Below are positions 1 through 12,319 of a DNA stretch of 64,000 nt, piece after piece; the first letter of the stretch is position 1; every line of letters begins with the position of its first letter. The position numbers and the translations under genes were made by a program. Source of the DNA: Balanoglossus misakiensis (lineage: Eukaryota; Animalia; Hemichordata); assembly GCA_040954595.2 (NCBI GenBank), contig CM082592.2, forward strand, positions 6,869,677 to 6,933,676, written 5' to 3'. The notes beneath the pieces were generated by a model that did not search any database, had not been told where the DNA came from, and was given only the letters and a program-made list of their open reading frames with translations.

Positions 1-3000
1 ACTGGGCAGAACGTGGAGACAAAACCTCTACGTGCTGTCCGACAACTTTCCCGCTCTGCGATAAACGCAGGTATCGAAGGCAGAATACCACAGCCTGCAG
101 GAAGTAGCATGCATGCGCACCAGAAAACAAAACTGTGCCGCCCTTATTTTCGTTTTCTGGCACTCGTCCATCTAGATCTACACAAGTGTTAATATTAAAA
201 TGCAAAATATTTTTAGATCTTTGTGAATAAATACAGAAAAACAGGCCATTGCCCGACTCTTCAGCCTACAAAACTTTCTGCAAATGAACACAACAGAGAA
301 AACAGAAATATTTAAACTTCTCAAACAATCATCATTTTTTGATCTCATATCGACCAAACTTCCATAAGACCCCTTTGTCTCCTGTTTGTTTATGTTTATC
401 TCTTTTTTAGAATGCAGTATCTTCTTTTTAAATTATCAGTTTTTCACCACTGCAAAATTCTCCAGATAAGGATTACACAACTAATAGCATTGTTAACATC
501 TGCTACGACTGAGTCATGCTGATACAACTGAAATCAAGCAACAGACAACTTCCATGGCCTAATTTCTCAAAAAAATCAGACCAGCAGAGAAGCAGCAATA
601 TTCCTGATCAATGGGGTCAAAATGTGCTGAGACATCGTATATAAGTGACAAATTCAATATATCTTCTATTCTCATTGGGATATTTTTGGCTTTAGTGATT
701 CATACAGAAGCCCTTTTAGTGTCAGACTCAGTAATGGAGCATTTAAAAAAAATACAGTTCTTATACAACGGCCTCATGTGACAAGAAGTAAATAAATTAT
801 CAGCAATTTTAATCAGATTTTTCCAAACAATGCAAAGAACTGATCTGTCTAACTACTGATTACAGAATACCCCATGCAACAAACAGAATTACTGCTCAGT
901 GCTGGATGTTAACATCCGATTAGAGCATCCTGGGACTGGATCCGTCGCAGGCTGAAAGGCCCCATTTGTAATCATAAATTGCGGTTGTCTGTGCCATTGT
1001 ACGGGCGGCCATATTTAATTTCGACTGGGTGTCACTCAACGCAGCAAATTTTAACTGGACAAAAAAAAACGCAAACGTGATCTGTCACCAGAGGCAAAAT
1101 CAATACGTGCATATAAAACCTTCCCCTCCGAAACCAAAACTAAAAAAAAAAAAAAAATTGAGGACATTGAAAAATATCCAGCTCAATCAAGTGAGAACGA
1201 TTCAGCCGCACCGCAAGTCAAGACAGGAAGCATTTCAGCGGTCTCGCGAACAGAAGTTGTCCGCCGAGTAATAACACATGAATGCAATTCCATCACTAAT
1301 AAATTGAACTTTTCACGTCGTCCTCTGGAGAGCTGGGCAAAGGCAGAAAGAATCATGATGCATGGGACTTATTTACAACCTGGAAACACGTTCCACTATC
1401 TATTACCCCGGCACTCGGCGCAAGACGCCCTGATGAACGTGCATGTATTATTTATAATGATGTAATTCTACAGAGATGGGACTTGTTATCTCAGCAGTGA
1501 AGACGATTGATAGTCGTAGTACTTTGATATTTCCACAATGAAGCAGGATGTCGGACGATTCAACCCAATGAAGTATACATCGAAGCGAGTTGACAGATGA
1601 CTCCCAAACTACTACAGCTAATTATCTGACAATTTGCCCAATACACTCGTCCGCTAATGTACAGGTGCCTCCAATACAATTTATCAACGACTCCGGTTCT
1701 CTAGGGCCCTGCTACAACTATCTGCGTAATAAGGACTATTAATGAAGTCTTCTATCTCAATTCCTATCTTAAATTTGGTAACTTCTATCTTGTACAATCA
1801 GGAATAAATCACCAAACGGCCATAGTCTCCACTGACTCACTTAGTCTTCTTTATCGGCGTCTATGAATAATGAAAAACCCTTGCCTGGCTGTAAGTCTTC
1901 CACAGACTACAATCAGATCTCCAACGTTGAGAATAAGAAAACGCAAAGGTAAAACTTTCAGAGGTAAAAGCTGGAATCTATCTAAGGCCGCTACAATTTT
2001 TTTTCGCTACTGAGAAATTCCGACTCGCGTTTTTCTCTCTCTCGCTAAAACACCTCGCTATCATGATTCTAATACTGTCAGGGGAAGCGTTCAAAGTTCA
2101 GGCTATTAGCTAAGCCTTTGGGGCGAGGCTTAATGTTGGTTTTACAGCATCACACAAGAGATTTCACACGCGGGCAAAATCCAATCCTGGATTTTTCAGA
2201 AATGTGACCGAGAGCAATGGCGGCCTTGCCAACTCGCTACACACACACTCACTGTCTCTCTCCCCCCCCCCCCCCCCCCACTTTCTAGCAGAAAATATTG
2301 ACACATAATGCAACCAGCGTGCGACGAAAACCCATTTCCAAAGTTAACGACCCTCCAGCATCTCAAATAAATCATTTACACTTTGTATTTGTCAGGCAAA
2401 CGGTTTCTAAATTAATACAATTCATCAGTTGCTCATTATCCCGTCCGCGGGGAATAGATATTGATTATTAAGTCTCGTTTTTATTTCTGTACTAGTGCTG
2501 TTTCCACAAAATTGAGGTCAGTGATCTCCCAATCCGGAGATAAAACATGTCCAATACTCTCCCCGTCAGCAGAGCGTCTCAACATCACTATCCTCTCGCA
2601 TGATACAAGACCCCGCGCGCGCAAATGACTGTCAAGAATATTGCCTCTTTTGAAGGGAAAAAAATATAGATCTATTTGTGATGGAGGTAACATGAGAGAT
2701 TTCAAGCTGCCTCACATTTGATCATCTGAAATGGGAGAGAAAAAAAGAAATAGCTCTTTTCTCTGCTTTCAATAAAATACTTCTTTGCCTCGGGGGCTGC
2801 GAGCATCAAATGACTTGCTTTATTGTCAATTTTGCTATCATCCTCTTCGGAAGAAAAAAACTATATCACTTTACGCCGTTCATAATTCATGATTTCTTCA
2901 GCATTGATACATTTGTTATTTTCGAATCTGTAGAGAGGGGGTGGTGTCGTCTATTTGAAAAAGAAAAAAAAATTACCATTTACACTTTTGAGGATCCGAA

Positions 3001-5955
3001 ATTCACAAAGAGCGATGAACGATTACATTTCAATGACGCCTGAAGGGGTGACACGGCTACGTCAAAAGAGGTCAACTGATGCGGTGGCGGAGACAAAACT
3101 CCATTCGAATCAGAGTCGGCTTCAATAATATATGATTCGGAAAGAGCTGCAGATTTTCATCTCTAAGTCGCTGCGTATCAATATCCAATTTATATGTAGG
3201 AGAGAGAGAAATGAAGAAACGGCTCGGGATATAAAAAATCGATGGCATGTCACACACCACGACTTTAATTTATCCCCCAAGATCTTGTGTCAGTAGCTGT
3301 AGAAATCGGGTGTCGTATTTATCTCATATTCAAATTTTAAAATTTAATCGCCCCGATAACGTCACACCTTCCGTGTGTGTTCACTGCACTCAGCGCGCTG
3401 GTTGCTACGGAAATACAATTCCCGATATTGACACATAACAGGGGAATAAACACATCACTAATCAGATTGGGTATTTTTCATAAATCCAGGGGATCTCCGT
3501 AAAGCTCCCTAGGGTGGCATAAAACAGCTGAGCGGAATATGGGAAGCTGGAGCTCGGGGTCTCGGGGGAGTGTTATAACACTGCCAAGATGGGGGGATAA
3601 ACAGTCGTAATGAATAGCTTCATTTACAAACTCATTTACCAAGCATAACTTTCCGCAAACCACCCTGATTGTGTAGCAATATTAAATTGAACTTTACGAC
3701 TGCGCCCTAATACATGGAAATCAACATTTAAATTGTTAAAGACTGAGAAAGATTGCACAATAAAGCTCTCGCTAGTAAAGAAATTAAGGCTTAATAAATG
3801 TCTGCACTTTAAAACCCACCGCACGGAAAACTCATCACGGAAAAAGGTGGTGTCCCATTTTCACGATGATGTACGCATACAGCGTGTCAACTTCCTATTT
3901 GGATATTTGCCCGTCGTAGACCAAACAAAGCATTTCTTGCCTTTCCGGTCCAAAACCGACAAGATCACTAGTCTAAATGACGTCAATTACTGAACTGGCA
4001 GTAAAAAAAATCCTACCGATTTAAATGGAAAGGAAGACACTATTATAAGCTAACAAGAATCTCGTCCCACACACACACAAAAACATGGATATCTGCAGTT
4101 GTGCTGCAGATACGGAACAGCATATGTTGGGATACTCTATACATGGAGAGGAAACAGATAAAGAAAGTGTACACCAGTCATCAATCCACAGCGGTGAAAG
4201 GGTTAAAATCATCACGACTGCTGGATGGCCCACTGATGTGGTATTTTTTATGAAGGTGCAACACTGAGTGTGATGAAAGGGTCCGGTGTTGGCTTTTCAT
4301 CGAGCTTGTGCCACGAGATGTCGAGACGAGGCGAGCAGTTCTCTCTCTCCCAAGAAGGTGGATGGAAACGGAAGTACATTTGAAGCGCCGATTACTAACT
4401 GGTATGAACACAACACGATGCGGTGACATGTTGAATTACTCAGTTCAGCAGAGCAGAGAGTATGATGTTACCGCCGTATATATATATATATGTGTGTGTG
4501 TGTCTTCATCGGGGAGTTTAAAGTTGTGTGGGCGCGCTGGAAAATCAACCTCGTAAACTCACGTCGCCGTGATGAGTGTGGGGCTGGAATGGGAGCAATC
4601 ACGCCTGTGTACACACAGCACATCTCAACAACATCTGTGGACACTTTTCACCACATCAGAACTTCGCAACAAGCGGCGCTGACGGACGCTGCCCGGCAGA
4701 GGTCAGGAATTTCTCGACTCACAACCCAAAACCCGACACGTTTTTTTTTTTCCTGCCCCGGCTCCCCGAGCCCGAGCGTGCAAACGCTGACATTCTTTGA
4801 TGCCTGCCTCCGCAGATGCGAAAATCTCTGAAGTGGCTGCATATTCTGAAGAAACCTCGCTAATTGCTACACAGCTACACTGCAGAGACGTGACTTTTTA
4901 TATAGGCACTCGCCAGCCTGGCAAAGCCCCTACAGTGATGGCGTTTACAATGCGCTCAGTCGTTCCTTGTAAATAGCAGCCGTGTGCGTGGAAGGGCCCG
5001 CTTGCCTGAATTCACATCCCTGTATTGAATTAAGTGAAGGACATGGCACACTAATAATTTCTGTAAGTGGTACTAGGCACATAAGTGTTCTCTGGCACTC
5101 GTTTGACAAGCTACAAGCCTATGTAAAGTACGACGGATCAGCCACTGAGGTATAAAGGGAAATACTACTGGTATAATGACTCCCACGACACATAACCAGG
5201 AGCTTCTTGTATTAATATATTTAAGACCCAGGCCTTCTGGGAAACCTTGTGACTTACAGCCAACTCGCTCTAAATTCACAGAAGGACTAGTATTCACATT
5301 TCCAATATTTCTACAGTTGATTTTTTTTTCTCACTCTCTGCGTCAAATCCTGATGTATTTTTTGTTTGTGCTGGCAAGACAAAAGACAAAAAAATTTGTA
5401 TGTGACAAAAACATACATTTTATATTACTTCTAGGGTGAATGTGATACTATTTTGACACTGACTGATCCCATATTTGGAACCAAAAAAAGAATAACGTGA
5501 AAATGAATACTATTTTTAGCCGTGAGACAATCTGCTAAACACACACAGGGGGGAAATTTCTGTCACGTTGGTAATAAATATTAATGTTCACGTCAGTCAA
5601 ATGCAAAAAATAGAACCTAGTAATTTGGACAGGCTCAAATTCTCAGCAGGCGACGACCACCGTCAAAAAATGAGGGTTGTACATGCATCGAGCAAACAAA
5701 CCGCTTCGTAGCCTTCAACAGACACTTGGTGTAGCTGTAATGGATGCCTGGTGTTGATGCCATACCTCTCACCATGCAATACCATTGAGAGCTCACCGCT
5801 TGTCTCATCAAACAAATTATCAATCTCAGGTCAAATAACAAGGCCCCATAATTTCATTCCCAAACCTCTTCCAATTAATTAAATGCCAGCTCAAAATATC
5901 TTCCCCAGGTCAGCGACAGCATTGTAAACAACTTTCATTTGTCTCAATATTTTAA

Positions 5956-6305
5956 AGCCTCTTGGGCTATTTTATTTAAGTATTTTTTTCCTTTGTATCA
6001 AAACTCCAGTTTCTTCTTCTACTCTGAACAGCTGTATGAAATGTCAGTCTTTAAAGTTTAATAGCTTATCGGCAAAGCCAGGATATGAGTAACAGCCACT
6101 GTTATTTGTGACAAATGAATTCAATCAAGCCCGGACTTGAATTCAATTTTCAACAATAACAACTGCTGATTTCTACAAAAAGGGTTTTGTTGAAAAACCA
6201 AATACAGAGCATTTCTCTATGTTTTACAGAGTAGAACAAGAAACAGAAATTGATATTCAAAACAAAAATATTGAAAAATAGCCCAGAGTTGGAGTTACTG
6301 GAGCT
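5956..6305. mobile_element. Kolobok-like MITE, 350 bp, TTAA-flanked, long imperfect TIRs
   Basis: TTAA at 5952-5955 and 6306-6309 with AG...CT termini. The arms share GGGCTATTTT / AAAATAGCCC and GTTTCTTCTTCTACTCTG / CAGAGTAGAACAAGAAAC in inverted orientation. TTAA TSD with RR..YY ends is the Kolobok signature. Confidence 0.65.
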
Positions 6306-9300
6306 TTAAAGTATGTCACAACCCAAGTAAATCAAACGTTAACACACCCAGGCCATACTTTTTCTCTTCTTTCTGTTGTTTACATTACTCTCGCACTCTC
6401 TGCAGATTTAACCTTCATCGCTGGGCAATTTTCAGAGGCAAAGTCAAGACAGGAGATTTTCACCCAGACAACTGCTGGAGGAAAATCTCATCAGTATCAA
6501 CCCCCAGTTGGCCACTCCACACCGCAAAATCAAATTCCGCCACCTCTCTTTCGCCGCATTCCTCACGGCTACGCGCGGAGAGATTTTTTTTGCGGGCATC
6601 ACGTTTTTTTTTCCGATCACCTTGGCTGGGGGGCATGCAAAGTCATCGCTTGGCTGACTTCGCAACACACACAAAAATTCACGAGAGGCTAGTGCCTGTA
6701 CAAACAGCCCCGCAAGAGCAGAGCCAGACGTCTCCCTCCAGAGAATGTTCGAACTCCGCGAATCCGCGTGACCGAACGCCGCGATTCGTTCCTCGACGTT
6801 TACAGGAAAATACGCCGTCGACTCTACCGGGTCAACAGCAAAAGATGTAGTTGACAGGTGTTGAAAAGGAGGCTGAAATAGCAACACTGTTGGTCAACGG
6901 GGCGAGAGGTCACACCGGGGTCGTGAGATCAAATGCTTTTCTTTTGTCAGCCACAAGGTTTTCAATTCCAAAACAAACACGGCTTCAGTCTCTCAAATGG
7001 AGAATGATGGTGTTTTCGCAAGTGCTCCAGGAAACCCTAAATCCTCAACAAATTTATCCAGGGCTTTGTGCACCAAACAAGCAACGGCCCTTCGTGACGA
7101 CAACCCGGCAACTGCACCCCACTTTCAAAAACTGACATCAACTTCAAGAGAGAGTTACAGAAATACAGTTCAACAACAAAAATTCAAAATTTGTAAATTT
7201 CCTGAGTTTTGTCAGTAATTTGCATAAGCTGCAAAAGACTGCTCTGGGTTGTAACAATATTATCAAAATATCTTGGGGGGGGGGAGGACATCTCATCTTC
7301 TAGCTGACCTTTGTTTGGTCAGAGAGCACATCTTTCCAATCTAGGCTACAACTTTCAAAACAAACTAACTACCCAGCTATATGAGGAATCTATCTCCCAC
7401 CAGGGGACCAGAATGTCCAAGCTAATCTCAAAATACTCCCACTACGACACAGAGAGGAGTAAAACGGAACAGCGTGTGCTCCAGGGAGCCAGTCGGATTC
7501 AGTCGTCCGCCTTCACCGAGAGAAATAGAGCGCGACAATATGTCAGACATGCAGGGGACCTTCCCCTCAGCTACCCCCCCCCTCCATTATGAAATAAGAT
7601 CACGGGTTGGGGGGCGCAGCCCGACAACCGAACGTGTGACTCTGTCTAATTACCTCGGCAACTCATCAGGCGAGCGTTAATAATTTAAAGCAATGTTGGC
7701 AGAATTTTAACATTGTAATTTACTTGATAAATAGGATGCCGGCTATCAGGAGAGCGCTGATGATATTGAAAAGCCGGCCTGGGGAATTGAAGCCACCGAC
7801 GACCACGACCCCCCTGACACCGGGCCCGCTATCTTCATCATGTTGCCTATTACTCAACCCAAACAAGAAAACATGCAAATTGACACGGTAATTGACAAGA
7901 GCAAGCACTTCTCACATTAGCCGTAATTCAATCTTTTGTAAACAGCGCCGATAAACAGGCTGGTGACAGGGGCCACAACAGTAAAAATCGACACGAATTT
8001 CAAGTCTGATATCAACTGTGAAATACAGCTCTGGTTTAAGTGACTATTTTTTTCAGGGCACTGCTGTAGAATATACTTTTATCATCTGACATTTTGCCTC
8101 AGTCTTTTCCACTTAAATTCTCTCATCTCTTAAATGTTTTATTTTTCCCAAGTTTCTCCTGTGATACCCATCATTATTTTCTTCCTATTCTATCAGATCT
8201 CAGTCGTATACAAAACAAGCTTCTTTTCTTTATCTTAAATCTAAAAATTAAACAAAATACAGACACGATGTAGATTTTACTGAATGAAACAATCTAAAAT
8301 AGGTGGCAAAGTTCACACATCAGATAAAAAATCCATTTCCGGCTTTTAATTTCATGTTGCCTTTAATTTTTGCATGAAAGTTGCAATGAGATATTTCGAT
8401 ATTGAATGAATACACCCGCTCAAAAGAATCGCTCGACACATTGATTGGCTATGAAATATTTACTGCTGGAAATAAAAATCGGTCACACTTGAAAGTGAGC
8501 TGGAACCTTCAGCACGCGGGGTAATGACCATCCTCTTTAAACGATTTTTTTATGGCGCGAATGTCATGCTACTTGTAATTCATAATGTAAATTTGATGTT
8601 GCAGTCAAGATTTAAAATGTAGTAGAACACGTATCATGTTTACTGCTCGGGCACTAAATAACCTGTGCCTTCAATTGGGGTTTCTGACACGCTGGTTCAG
8701 GCGCAATATTTCTGATTAAAAGTCTCCCTGAGTACAGGTGTGCTGGATCCCAGCCCGGGCGAACAGTTACACGGCGCAGCGAACTCTCCGCACAATTCAC
8801 CGTCTGAATTGAGAACACACCGCAATTGATTTCTCACAAAGCGCCATTGAAGAGAACGGCCCCATTGTTGCCGCGTACAATATTACTTTATAGAAAACGC
8901 CATGTCTCACTTTTATACAGTACATTAAATTAAAACGAACTCAATTGCCGGGGAACAATGCGTGGACCTTTAGCAGTATATCCCAACGGGACAGTTCATC
9001 ACAAAATACGACATTTATGTCAAGTGTAGACAGAGACCACAATGACGAGCAGCCATAATTACTACATTTCCAAAGCCAAACATCAAGAGAAGAAAAGGAA
9101 AAAGAGTCGGAGAAACGGCGACAAATTTTCCAAAGTCCGGCCGCGCTGTGTAAATTTCTCAGCTGCGGGCTGATTTGCGCAACGATGACATTTTCATTAC
9201 AAAGTCGGTGCGCCCGGGCTGTTATTGATTGTAATGTCTTCGAGTGAGGCAAAACGGATCAAATACCAGGGCCAGGGAATAATAAACATACCTCTGGGCA

Positions 9301-12086
9301 GCCGGGTGATGGATCGAGTCGGAGGAAAACAGCCAGAATGACAAAAGAATCTCCATGTTTCAGAGACAAAAGTCGTGTCTGTCGTATCTAGGATAGACGT
9401 CAGCCGACTCTTGGCTATGCGCGCTGACCTAGGTGGAACAATTACAACCCTGTCGATTATTTAGATATGAAAGTGCGCTGGTGGAGTTTACCGATCAAAC
9501 AAAAACGCAGTCAGGCTAAAATTAAGTTACACTAATCCACCCTTTGTCTACGAACAGATTGATGAGAAATCAAAATAAACACGGGTGACAAAACCGCATA
9601 GGACAAACAAAGCGTCCATTAAAAAGGCATGGATAAATAATAGATACTTCAAAACCACTTGCACTAATGGTGTTAAATCTCGCATTTGGCACGGGCGTAC
9701 AAATTTTCTATGGAAATGGCGACAAAAACTGAATAATGAGGCCTGTAAACAGCAAGATTTCAGCATTTTCCTCCTGTGTGACGAACGAAAAAAAAATTAC
9801 CTCTGGGTGTGCTTTTCCTTCGTGTTCCTGATTTCCACTGATGATCTCGTTTCGGGCGATTAATAAAGTCCGGATTAAAGAGGCTGATGCACTATTCGAA
9901 AATCATCCGGCGTAATTGTCGACGGCTAATCCAAGCAGCGCCAATTACTGCGGCATCCTCTACGATCCAGAGCCGAGACTGACTGAGAAACAACACTCGC
10001 CCAGCGCGATGCGATGACTCTCCCAGAGATCGTATTTAATAAAATATTCATACCTGTCAACCAATCATCACTGATGTGTGTCTAGCTGCGGGGCAGTTAT
10101 TGACAATTAATTGTTAGGAGTTTTACCATTAAATGCGCGAGCAATTATGAGACAAGTGATAGATCAATATCCACGGAACAGTGTCATATAACCATCTCTG
10201 ACTAACCCCAACGATGACCGATCCCTGACTCTGCAGCCATTACTCCCAGCATTGCTGAAGAAGCAGTGGAAAAAAAAATACCTGGCCTATATAGGAAATG
10301 AAGCTGTTGGCTGATTTTCTATTGATTACCGCTGTAAGTGTCAATTTACGACTTCACACCTTAAAACAAACTCTTATTCCCAAACCACACAACACTGCAT
10401 TTAGAACTTTTCTTAAATAGCCCTGGGCTTTTAACTGTGGTGATGCAAAAAAATATGCATTTTTATGTACAGCATTAAACTTGTCCTTAAAAAGTTAACC
10501 GCAGACAATAAAACAGAAATAAAATTTTATGAACAGAGCTTTGAGTGTTTTTTTCTAATTTCCCTAAAAGAGGTAAAAGCACGATAACATTAGTCTCACA
10601 AAACGATATCACAAATTATCCATGCTAAAAGTCTTGTGTTTAAAATTGTTATAAAAATAATCACAAAAAAATGCATTGTAAGGGTCAGTAGACAAAGATA
10701 GCCCGCTGTGCTTCATCCATTTTATTTTTAAATTGCAAAATCTACGATGAATGCTAATTTGAGATGAAAATTTCAGGGGTAATTGTTTTTTTTTTCTGAC
10801 AGTCCAATTTACATATTCAAGACTGTTGATATAGAGTCGAAACGTGCTGTCATCTGTCATTCGTTTGACAGGAGGCCATTTCATTAATCGTTCCAAATAG
10901 ATGTCATACCAGTAGAAATATCTTTATCTCAACGTGCTATCAATCTACAAAGAGGACACGATCAGGCAAGCTCAGTTTCATCAGAGAAACATGCAATAAA
11001 TCTCACAGCTGTTGAGAACACAAAACTGGCTTGTAGCTATTTTTTCCCCAAGGTCATTTTCTTGAATATTTTTACACAAATATCTACTCGATATCTTCTC
11101 AATATGTTTACAGTATCTACAATGAACCATACTTCAGCCAACAGTAAATTTTCACTGTTCACAAAATACTCGAGTTTATGTGATTTGTAAAAACACAAGT
11201 CCATGCATACACCCAATGTACCAAAGTTTGCCCATGAACACAACTGCACTGTAGTCTGTACCCGGGTTTGCTGACAGACCAGTGTACGATAAACCGTCTT
11301 TCTGATGGGCAACTATCGTTCGCAGAATGATAAAGATTGGCAAAAGTGACAAGAAAATAAATGGCGATAGACCAGTGTCCAATCGCACTTACACTGGACT
11401 CCACAATACACTCCCAAGTCGAGCTCCGTTGGTGTTTAACTGTTGGTTCCGCACTAGCATCTTGTGGGTTTTTTCAGGAAACATGAGTCAGCTTTCAACC
11501 TATAAGTACACACCTAATCACTAATTTACGAGCAATTTTATGGAGCAGTCAAATTTGTGCATTGACCTCTCGACAAAGCCCACAAGAGCTGGCCACTAAA
11601 GCGTTATAGCATACTTTGAACCTCGTTCACTCGCGCTATCAACAATTCAGCGACCCTGATCTCTCTGGCCACTGTTTTATTGGTGTTTCCTATCGGTTGA
11701 TCGATCATTCATTCACACCAATCCCCGAAACAGAGCAACCCACATGTCAAGCACACCCTGTGAGAACAATTAGAACATTCAAAATTGAGTTACTGCAGTG
11801 GTGAGATGAAAAGGGGACCCAATTCATCAAATTTTTTTAAAAGTTTGACCTAAAGTACAGACAGCTCCAAGATGTGACTGCGAACTTTTGAGAAGTGCCC
11901 TAGGTGGTGGTCGGGTCTGTGGTTCAAATTGCAGACTGAATACTTCACTTCATACAGAGTAGAAAATCTCATTTACTTTTTTAGCCGAGTATATAAATAA
12001 TGCATGCATTCTCTCCGCTGACGTAAATGATAAAATTAACGGCAGATACGGTGTTATTGAGCAACTTATTGAAAAGTGCCACTCAC

Positions 12087-12138
12087 CGGGCTTATCATAA
12101 CTTGGGATCGGACTCCTTGATTCCTCGGTGGAGCATCC
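12087..12138 (-). CDS. Candidate next exon of the AUTS2-like gene (52 nt, phase 0 to 1; GCSTEESRSPIPSYDKP)
   Basis: Minus strand reads catttagacag|GGATGC...AAGCCCG|gtgagt, open in the frame left by exon 19420-19446. Length and phases equal my recollection of vertebrate AUTS2 exon 6. The peptide does not resemble ASDASSEKLF and the polypyrimidine tract is weak. Confidence 0.25.
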
Positions 12139-12245
12139 CTGTCTAAATGTTAATAACCGTAATTCAGAAATCTGTGATCCGCATCTCAGACCCAAACTAT
12201 AACAGTGCGTTCCGCCGGCCAACCTGACACATCCCGCGACCTTAG

Positions 12246-12319
12246 CCCTTTCACCCCCATTTCCTATTGCAGAGGTACAAATCTACCACAGGATCATACC
12301 ATATTTTACAGTAAAAGGG
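12246..12319. mobile_element. Degenerate copy of the 85-bp piggyBac-like MITE
   Basis: TTAG|CCCTTTCACCCCCATTTCC...AGAGGT...AAAGGG|TTAT, similar to the copies at 36764 and 49368. Confidence 0.5.

Noticed and set aside
1841-1860. 20-nt AG...GTGAGT-bounded minus-strand segment
   Set aside because: Not frame-preserving, has a stop in the phase-1 reading, and shows no AUTS2 similarity.
2717-2750. Strong minus-strand polypyrimidine acceptor
   Set aside because: Followed quickly by stops in phases 0 and 1; the nearest donor gives a 10-nt exon.
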